64,000 nucleotides of DNA. It comes from Phoronis australis. Its lineage: Eukaryota > Animalia > Phoronida. The notes below the pieces were generated by a model. It was not told the DNA's origin and did not search any database. It saw nothing but the letters and a program-made list of their open reading frames with translations. Positions within the stretch are counted from its first letter, which is position 1. Each line of letters begins with the position of its first letter. Location: contig NMRA01000314.1 of assembly GCA_002633005.1 (NCBI GenBank), forward strand, positions 344,898 to 408,897. The letters run 5' to 3'. Position numbers and translations under genes: made by a program. Below are positions 53,316-64,000 of this stretch, one piece after another.

Positions 53316-56108
53316 TATGTTGGTAGTATCAATGAACTATATACCTGTCATAATAATAAATAATAATAAGTAAACATATATCCAAAACAGCAACATAAGC
53401 ACAGTCATATTACGTTATGAAATTGCAATGTTTTGATACTTTAACCTTGAGGATACAAAAAGAACAGAACAGCCGTGGAAGACAACAGACAAAGCCTAGT
53501 TTCAAAGCAAAGCACCAGCCTTTCAACGAATTACTTTCAATGGAGATACCAGAGAGGAAATTGTTTCATTGCAGGTCTATGTTTTAATTATTTACAACTT
53601 CTCACCTGCTAACGAGATATTGATCTACCTGTCTGACTTCATTGAACACAGTGATGTAATCGTTAGCACATAACTGCAACAGATTTTCTCACATTAATTC
53701 ACCAAGACAAAATCCGATTATTGCCCAATAAACATTGCACACCTACCAAATTGAAGCAATCCCATATGATACGCCTTAGGATGATTTACTACCGTGTTTG
53801 ACTGGGTTAAGACTCATCTTCAGGTAACCTGACTTTACAATTTTTAAACAGGGCCATGTCCAGTACGGTAAAACCTCACTATTTTCGAGCAAAAATCGTT
53901 GATGCAATTGATTCCCATTTCATTTCCACGGTTCCTCACACTTTTTGTGAATGCCTACAATTTCTCAAAACAAAGTCCGATGGTGTTAATAATACAAAAT
54001 TAAAATAATAAAGTTAGTGGTGCTTAACTTACCTTCTACAAAAACAAAATTTCCCTCGTCTTCCGTTGTCTTCTAAATTGGTGAAATTTTATGATAATAG
54101 CCATCTCCTTCTTTACAGTGAGGGGCTAGTTCAGTTTAAAAAGTCTGCTTTTCAATGGTCAACTGCATGCACCTATTAATTCTTAGAGTTTATCAAAAAA
54201 ACAGTGTTCATTACATTAACCTGGTTATAACCATGGAAACATTACCCAGCTGCCAATATACAGTAATTCACTTATTTTGTACAAATTGTTCCTCAGTTAA
54301 ATTAGTGGTGATATAAGGACTACCTCAAAACAACAGACAAGTTCATTATTGCTTGTGACCCTGTTCTACAAGTTGGCTTGTCACGGCGGCGGTTCGTTTT
54401 ATTGCATGAACAGTCTTAACTAATAACTAGCTGTCATTTCCTAGCAAACCCAGAAATCACTTCTCTAAGAGAGGAACAAGTTGAGATCATTAACGAGACA
54501 AGTTCACTTTTTGGATAGAATGAGGGTTAGCCATTTAAATAGACTGAAATTTATTTAATCGTTCTCTTTGATGAGAAATTTTACAAAATAAATAGATCAT
54601 GTCCACCACCACAGTGTGTGCTCAGTTGATCAAGACTGACTACTATCTCACACAATTCACGTGATACCATTTAAGGCGACACACTATAATGCAAGTATTG
54701 TCAAATGAGTAGCATAGTATCGTACATGAATGTAAAGTCCAACTTTGCCACTTCAACCATCAATTCAAGACTAAAATTTTTACCAAAACCTAGACAAGTG
54801 TTGGTGACCAACACAAGACATGACAACACCATACATCGTATTGTGAGATGATGTTGTCACCATTAATCAGTTTCAAAGGAAATCAACGATAACAGTGATA
54901 TTGGAAACTAATACTGTAGAACCAACAGCCATAAACCGTAACTTCTACAAGATTAACTTCTTGTTTAAATGAAAGCATTTCTGTTGCTATACAGTTGTAC
55001 AGCATAGTTCTCTGCAGTATTTAACACACCCCTCTACACCAACACAATGTATATGTTGCTTTAGTAGTAATTGTGAAATATCAAATCATTACTGGCCAAC
55101 ATTCATATTGCCACGACTGTCACTAAGTTTTATTATTTTCAAACATGCACATTGCGTATGCCACAATAGCTTCTAGACTTTCGTAGCGAGAATTTACAAG
55201 TGACAACAATAGTTAATGTTCTTTCCCTTTCTAGCCACATCAATACTGAAGATGACTCCCACACACATCACAAGGCTAGAGTCATTATTACAGTAAAATA
55301 TTAAAATTAAGGGTTTTTTTCATTTTTCAAGATCCACCAACATCGTTGTAAAAGCCAACATTTTTTAAAACTATTTTCTGATGGTTGCTATGATACAGAA
55401 CCAGAAAGCATTATTTTGATGTTACATTCTTTTTATAGGAAAATGAAGAAATAAAATTTTTCTTGTCTGTCATACTGTGCCCTAAAATAATGAGACTATC
55501 ACAAGATAAAGTAGATCACCAACATACCTGGCTATGAACGGCAATCCAGTCACAAAATGCACCATGAAGTGCACGACAACATGAAGGTACAGGAACAAAT
55601 AGGCAATACTCAACCAGCAGCGAAAGTTTGATCAACTGTGAAAACTGGTGTAGAAGTGTCTGAAGATTACAACTAACTTATCATAAGCAATGTCTGCCCT
55701 ATGATAATGTAAGGAGTTCTGGTGGGTTACTGCCAATGGGAGACTGACTATCAAGTACTAACAAAGTGACTGACCACATCAGACCCACACTAGTTGCCTA
55801 ACAAGGCAGCAATTAAACTTTTGTTTAAAATACATCATACATAATCACATGCACTGTAAAAGGGTCTTTAACTGTGTCAAAACGTTTCCCCAAGTCACCC
55901 GCCACAATAGTACCTCCTTGAACAGCCAGATGGCGCCATGAGTCACCTGTCAAATATGAGCTGCCTCCACTGTGTTTTGAAAGTCTCCTGTAGAGGCGAG
56001 TGGTGACCAAAAGCTTATATCGGTAGATGATTAGGACTGAGATGATTAACAGTACATATGGATGTTTAGGACTGAAGTGATCAACAAAGCATGAACAGAT
56101 CTACAATG

Positions 56109-59100
56109 TTTAGGGCTGGGGTGATAAACATTCTATAACATTGACCAACAGTGTTTGTTTCCCATAAACTTAACATCAACTATAGACTTCCCTGTCACTC
56201 AGAATTCGGAACATTCAATCCTTCAACATTGTGAGAGCACAGAAGAGTCTTTCACAGGACCTCGTTTCTTTAAATTATGGTGTGCAAGGCAGGATAGAGT
56301 TGACAAGGGACCGAATGCAAATTCTTTGACTCTTGGACACTCTAAGACATTGGTCATGTTTGTGTAAACCATTTGAATATCCCACAATGCAACAGTGACA
56401 ATTTGACAGCATGTTGGTCACAAAGAAGTTATAAAAATGCTGTAAACTATTCCACTGTATTAAATTCATGATGATGAAGGCTGCCTACCAACTACACCAT
56501 CGCCATCTAGCGACAAGACGTATTATATCATGTTGCTGGAAACTATCTACCAGAGTACAACCTCAGACAAGCAATTTACAAAAAAATGAGTTTTAAACTC
56601 AGCATAAAGGCCACACTGCATAGATCATGGCAAATTTAGGACCTGTGTCATGAAAACTGACTTAAGACTCAAGACAAAAATGTGGTCTTACATTCCACAT
56701 TATTATTTCTAAAAAATACTTAAAACTGACTTTAGCAAACGAACACGTTATATGAAAATATACGCATAATTGTAACTTATTAAGAAAATCTCTACAAATT
56801 ATTTCCAGGCTATTATGCGTTCATGGTTACAAGACAAAGCCCTTACCTTGGCAATTTTGAAGAGAGAGCGTATGACCAAATTTATGTCTCAAGTTAATAT
56901 TCATAAAACATACCCCAGGTTACAGCCTGTGCTAAATTAATCTAACAACACCATAACACTAGGAACTGATCATAAAAAGTGCTAAATAGTGTAAACACAA
57001 ACAGTGTCAGATCCACACTTTTACTATTGACTATAGAGTGTCTAATAGATGTACATCTGATCAATGACAAGTTGCCCGTAGTAAAACTGACACGATCATT
57101 CTCCGAGTATTACGGACAAAAATAATTAACAAGATTGCTATTTTTCATTTTCGAAAACTGATTACTTTACTAGAAATAATGGAAAACTCATGACATCTAC
57201 AATGTTCAAACCATGCACGTGACGGATTAAAAATTTCTTAATCTTTACTTTTGTGGAGAAAATTGACAAAATAGAGTTGTGATCTGAGAAACTGAATAAT
57301 TAACATAAATAGTTGATCGTTTGATTACACTTTTTGCCAATATCCACTTAACAACACCTGCATGCATGTTTCCACGGTTTCTACATGTTATCAATTGAGC
57401 TCTGCAGTTCCTCTTTACTGTATATCTAATTCAGCAACTTTTTCATAATACAATGTTCATATTGCCAATAAAATTCAATGACCTGTGCCCCACATAATGC
57501 TTTGCTACGCAATATCGCGAGTGCATTCTTAAGTCACCCACCGGATCCAAGACTAAGACTGAAGAATAAGAGTGAACACCAACTACAACAATAGGATGGG
57601 ATTAATCACAGTGACCTTTCCTTGTATAAGATTAGGAGGGACAGATGAAACACTTGCCTTTGTTTATCTGGCCAGCTCAGAGGGGGAAATGAGTTAAAAC
57701 AGAGAACTTATCTCCTGTGTTTTAAGTGAGGTCACAACTGTTGTGTACATACATTCAGGTCAGTGGGTTTTTTGATAAAATCATAAAAAATTGGCTAAAT
57801 GTTTATATTATTTACAGAGGAAACTGTTATGCAGTCATTGGGTTGAAGACAATAAATCTTCAAACCTTAGGTGATTAAAAATGGCTTCAAAAATGAAGTG
57901 AAAAGAATCTTTCTAGCCTACTGCAAAAAATAGGTTCTGCAAGATATCATCATTTCGATAGTCATATATTCATGTATTCAGCAANTTTAGGGCTGGGGTG
58001 ATTAACATTCTATAACATTGACCAACAGTGTTTGTTTCCCATAAACTTAACATCAACTATAGACTTCCCTGTCACTCAGAATTCGGAACATTCAATCCTT
58101 CAACATTGTGAGAGCACAGAAGAGTCTTTCACAAGACCTCGTTTCTTTAAATTATGGTGTGCAAGGCAGCACAGAGTTGACAAGGGACCGAATGCAAATT
58201 CTTTGATTCTTGGACACTCTAAGACATTGGTCATGTTTGTGTAAACCATTTGAATATCCCACAATGCAACAGTGACAATTTGACAGCATGTTGGTCACAT
58301 CGAAGTTATAAAAATGCTGTAAACTATTCCACTGTATTAAATTCATGATGACGAAGGCTGCCTACCAACTACACCATCGCCATCTAGCGACAAGACGCAT
58401 TTCATCATGTTGCCGGAAGCTGTCTACCAGAGTACAACCTCAGACAAGCAATTTACAAAAAAATGAGTTTTAAACTCAGCATAAAGGCCACACTACATAG
58501 TTCATAGCAAATTTAGGATCTGTTTCATGAAAACTGACTTAAGACTCAAGACAAAAACGTGGTCTTATATTCCACATTATTATTTCTAAAAAATACTTAA
58601 AACTGACTTTAGCAAAGGAATACATTACCTGAAAATATACGCATAATTGTTACTTATTAAGAAAATTTCTACAAATTATTTCCAGGCTATTACGCGGTCA
58701 TGGCTACAAGACTAAGCCTTTACTTGGCAATTTTGAAAAGGGAGTGTATGACCAAATTTATATCTCAAGTTAATATTCATAAAACATACCCCAGGTTACA
58801 GCCTGTGCTAAATTAATCTAACAACACCATAACACTAGGAACTGATCATAAAAAGTGATAAATACTGTAAACACAAACAGTGTCAGATCCACACTTTTAC
58901 TATTGACTACAGATTGTCTAATAGATGTACATCTGATCAATGACATGTTGCCTGTAGTAAAACTGACACGATCATTCTCCGAGTATTACGGACAAAAATA
59001 ATTATCAAGATTGCTATTTTTAATTTTCAAAAACTGATTACTTTACTAAAAATAACGGAAAACTCATGACATCTACAACGTTCAAACCATGCACGTGACG

Positions 59101-59862
59101 GATTAAAAATTTCTTAATCTTTACTTTTGTGGAGAAAATTGACAAAATAGAATTTCAGGCCACATTGTGATCTGAGAAACTGAATAATTAACATAAATAG
59201 TTGATTGTTTGATTACACTTTTTGCCAATATCCACTTAACAACACCTGCATGCATGTTTCCACGGTTTCTACATGTTATCAATTGAGCTCTGCAGTTCCT
59301 CTTTACTATATATCAGCAACTTTTTCACAATACAATGTTCATATTGCCAATAAAATTCAATGACCTGTGCCCCACATAATGCTTTGCTACGCAATATCGC
59401 GAGTGCATTCTTAAGTCACCCACCGGATCCAAGACTACGACTGAAGAATAAGAGTGAACACCAACTATAACAATGGGATGGGATTAATCACAGTGACCTT
59501 TCCTTGTATAAGATTAGGAGGGACAGATGAAACACTTGCCTTTGTTTATCTGGCCAGCTCAGAGGGGGAAATGAGTTAAAACAGAGAACTTATCTCCTGT
59601 GTTTTAAGTGAGGTCACAACTGTTGTGTACATACATTCAGGTCAGTGGGTTTTTTGATAAAATCATAAAAAATTGGCTAAATGTTTATATTATTTACAGA
59701 GGAAACTGTTATGCAGTCATTGGGTTGAAGACAATAAATCTTCAAACCTTAGGTGATTAAAAATGGCTTCAAAAATGAAGTGAAAAGAATCTTTCTAGCC
59801 TACTGCAAAAAATAGGTTCTGCAAGATATCATCATTTCGATAGTCATATATTCATGTATTCA
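56109..59862. other. Gap-flanking duplication of about 1.87 kb
   Basis: 56109-57980 vs 57986-59862 around the N at 57985, with scattered SNPs and small indels. Confidence 0.88.
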
Positions 59863-62800
59863 AAAATCTGACTTTCCATGGAAGAAACTAACCTTTGATT
59901 TGAGCCACTCACCGCTATAAAACTGGTCTTAACCTCTTAGTTATTCATATGAGAAGTGATCATCATTCAAGACCACGCTTGAGGAGCAAAGACACACCGT
60001 GACAAGAAAAGTTGTCTAAAGCCAAGAGTCAACTCCTTCCAAGTCCAGAAATCAAATGAGAAGTTAAATTGACGATTCTTTTCTTTTATAAAACACCTTA
60101 GAATAAGGAAACAAGGAACTTTCTACCTTGTTTTATTCTTATATCTTTTCTTCACCACACATATTTTGGAGAGATAAATGCGTGCAGAGTTCACACATTT
60201 ATCATGAAGCCCACTGGAAACATCAAATGTTCAATGCAAACAGGTCCAAGTAGAAAATAAACTGGTCATGCCCACAAGCATCCAGTCTTGGAATCTTGCT
60301 CATGTGTATAACAACTATGTATCTTCATACAGATACCAATGGTAATGTAGCAATAGTATTACCTAAAGTTCCCTACCATCATCAACATGTTGGAGAAGTC
60401 TCTCCAACATCGTCGCTACTGGTGGAGGTGGTAACATATTGACCGCTTACAAGAAAACAAACACCATCAACAGACAAGACAAACAAGATGGCGCTGAGGG
60501 CAATGGACAGTTGCCAATTTGATGCGACTGAAGCACCTACTCAACCAGTAATTCAGTTTGGAAATATGCATATTACTAGCACCAACCCGAGGGCATGCGA
60601 GCAGAGGAAGGATTCCCTTTACTGGCGTTTTGTTTGAAGATAGGCTCAACTGAACTGAGCAATAATTTCAAAACACGCAGTAAGTTGAATGGGAGCTAGA
60701 AATTCACCAGGTGTCGCTTGCAACTTAACTGTCCACCAACATAAATGCTTGCCTCGAAGTACTCCAATGGTACCCCTCGTCTAAAACAGCTCCCATGCGA
60801 AGAATTAACGACTATACTGACAAGCATTATTTTAAAACCAAGACCACAATGGTGATGACATAATTTCATTAAGGCTTGGATGTCGTTTGCGTACTTGCTG
60901 TATTGTACCTGACCCAATTCAGTCTGGGGTAATCTCCCATTGGAAGGGTTAGCAAGGATGTGTTTGATCCTTCATCGTCATACATATCACATTTGATATT
61001 CTGATGCCCAGTAAGGTATTGGTTCCAGTGAATGAGTGTAGTTACAGTTGCGAATCATGCTTTGTAAAGAAGTGTGAAGCAGGCACCTTATGGTCATATT
61101 TCTGTCAAAAGGAACTAGAAAACACATGCAAAACTTGGTGCTAATTTGGTGTGACAAGTTTAGCCTGCTCACTAACTGCCTATCCAGGAAAATGTCTACA
61201 TCTAAGACCAGGGATACCTTTAAGAGTGTGCTCCATATCCTTGGAGAATGAAAATTGCGCTTAGAAATCCCATATCTTTGTAAAAGCACAAAATGCACTG
61301 TATTCAGATTCTAACAATTTTTCGACAATGTCTCAAGCACACCATGCCTTTGGGAATCTAAACATTATTACAGAGTGACCGAGACGAATTCAAACTGTGT
61401 CCTATCCTGGATCGCCATCATCGTTTTCACTACTGCCGTATCTACACTGTGAATGACGCTGCAAATTATTGCGACAAGATGCCCAGTAAATCTTTGTTTT
61501 GTAAAAAATGAAATACAGTTTAATAGCCATAAGATTAATCACTGGTAAAAATGCTCTAAGATATCAAAATCACACCTGAAAAATGGTGCCCAAATGTCGA
61601 ATCAGAAAAGGGCAGAAGAGATTAACTGCACTTTGTCTAGTAGTCGTGTAGATTGACCCATAGATTTTGGTCCCCTATCAGTCAGCTGACCTTTAGGTGC
61701 AGTTTTCCAAAAATGATTCTTGTAAAAAAGCAAATAACAAATCCAGATTGTCATATTACTCATAGAGGGAGCTACTTTCTGCAAGAAGATGAGCGAACAG
61801 CATATGTTGTTCAATTTATAGGAAATACAATACGCCCTCTGGTGGACAACAATGCTGTTTAATGTATAGGAAATACAATACACCCTCTAGTGGACAACAA
61901 TATAACTATATTGCAAAAACATCAAAAAGAACAAAAACAACAAAGAACAGCTCGATGATCATTGACCATCCCAGGAGATGACTGCTTATGGACATTAATA
62001 TTCAGCGAGGAAATCATTTTTCCACGCGAGTTACTCACGAAGTCCGCGAATAAATAATACAAACAAGTAAAAAGCTACAGTGAATGACAAATTGATCAGC
62101 TAAGTAAATTGGCAAGTTCCATCAAGGCACTTTTCAAGAGGCTATACATCATTAAAGCTATCTACTGTTTACAAGAATAAAGACGGTATTTCTGGTGCTA
62201 AAGTTGGCTTGAAATAAACACTGTTTTAAATTAATAACCTCTAACTATGATACGTCAGCATGTATTTACACAAGGTGTTATTGATTATTCATGGATTGTC
62301 TGTTCTTGAATGAAAATATTTTCTGAAGTGTTTTCAGTGGATATAAGCAGCAGTGTCTGTCTGTTATTTCTCATTTAATTAAATTTTCAATAACAATAGC
62401 AATGTAACATTACCGATAACAAAATACACACACTACTCCCCAGTTGAGCACAAAATGGAATTTTGTTTGCAAAATTTCTCAACGCAAAAAATGTAAGCAA
62501 ACATGACAAATAAATGCTTTGTTATTTCTAACTTTCAGACAATGTTTTGAGACATTTTAGGCAATGTAACAAGTCTTAAAAAAAATTTAAAAATCAATTT
62601 TCACAATTATTATTTTTGTCTGAAACTAGCGAGATTCCACTGTAGGCTTCACTATTTGTCCGGATATCTTAAACAGCATTTAGGGCAAACTAACAATCAT
62701 TTGAAGTCAAAAAGGATGTTGGAAATAATTTTTGCGAAAAAATTATGCTACATTATTCTATCATTTAATGCAATAAGACATTCCACTATTCAAGTACTTT

Positions 62801-64000
62801 ACATACAATAATGAAGTCTCATAACATAACAGCTAAGGCAGGCCACACCTTTCATCCAAATCAACTTCACCAAACTAATATTTACGTTATTTAATTTGCA
62901 TATCCCAGGAATCATTGAGTTTCCCATTTCTAAAAGGTACTTAATGCCAATATATTTAGTTACAGTGAACTACAGTTCAAGTCGTCCAATGCCCTAAAGC
63001 AAGTAACAATCTTCAGCTGAAGATGAAACCATGTAAGTAATGCATAACGTTTGATTATTTATTACACTAACAGTCTCACAGAACGAGCTTCGCTGTTCAA
63101 CGTGCTCCGAATTTTCAACACAGCCAATTGCTGCTGACGTAATTTTACATAATTTTGTTATGTCAAATTTATCCCAAAAATTTTGAGGCCATTTCACTTC
63201 GATATTCACCAAGTACGCACTGTACAGCTGTCATATGTAAATCACAAGTAAATATTTGGCATTTGTGAGAATGTGGTAAATAGTGAATTAAACGAGCTTA
63301 GGACACAAAGTATCTGACAAGTGAATTTTCATTTTCACACGTTTTCTATATAAGGTGCGTAGTTACAAATCTGAAAATGGAAAGTTTGGGATCTGATTTT
63401 GGTTCCAAACGGAATACCCTGTATATTAGACACTATTATTGTGCAAAGTCATAGAACATAACTTCAGCAGAGCACCATTCAATTGTCACCTGAAATACAA
63501 CTCTGTGAGAACATACTACAATGTTATAACTCATTTACAGATTTCACAAAGAATCTGATAATGGAAATTTAACGCTTAGCAATCAATTATTCATGTGTTA
63601 ATTGGGATTGACTGAGTTGAACAGAAATACCAGGATAACCCTGCAACCAAAGGTGTAGTTAAATTATTCACCACTAATAAAACTGTGGAGAGACCTTCGG
63701 CATGCAAACTGAAAAGACGGACCAGTACATAAGAAATCAATTTACGACTGGTTTTGGACTGAAGAAGGTTAAAGATTTTGCTGAAATGATGGCTGCTTTG
63801 TAGCTAAATTTTACTCAACTTAATTGGTCAACAGCTTTTGATATTTAAATGAGTCGAACCATCACCAAGTCATAAGTAGCCATTACCAATGTCAATAATA
63901 CACATTTCTGAAAAAAGTCACAATAATTGCAATCTTCCCCAATTTTAAGTCAAGCAGCATAAAATCACCTTTAAGGTCAAAATGCTACGCTTACTATTCC

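Noticed and set aside
56843-56880. CAAG|gtaagg donor suggesting an exon
   Set aside because: The site is disrupted in the second haplotype copy (about 58720) and there is no Trio-like peptide
52000-64000. Upstream constitutive Trio exons (Sec14, early spectrin repeats)
   Set aside because: No matching peptide found by eye; treated as a long intron, though a small exon could have been missed

Overview
AT-rich animal genomic DNA, apparently a heterozygous invertebrate draft assembly with N gaps; it is not prokaryotic. The window appears to lie inside one large minus-strand gene of the Trio/Kalirin RhoGEF family. I traced 21 consecutive GT-AG exons (51884 down to 13824) that splice in phase into 3096 nt / 1032 codons: several spectrin repeats, the first DH (RhoGEF) domain, its PH domain and a Ser/Thr-rich linker. 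I did not find the N-terminal Sec14 or downstream SH3/GEF2 exons, so they probably lie outside the window. Introns hold MITE-like DNA elements, SINE/LINE relics and minisatellites. Four gap-flanking duplications look like uncollapsed haplotypes. Main observations: (1) at about 8 of 21 exons the exon 3' end and/or splice donor is echoed as decaying tandem copies in the following intron; (2) a candidate in-frame internal first exon (MWRNWIKRWR...); (3) two candidate phase-0 microexons (6 and 21 nt) after the PH linker; (4) an inverted-repeat element with CTCF-like motifs flanking a tRNA-like Pol III cassette.
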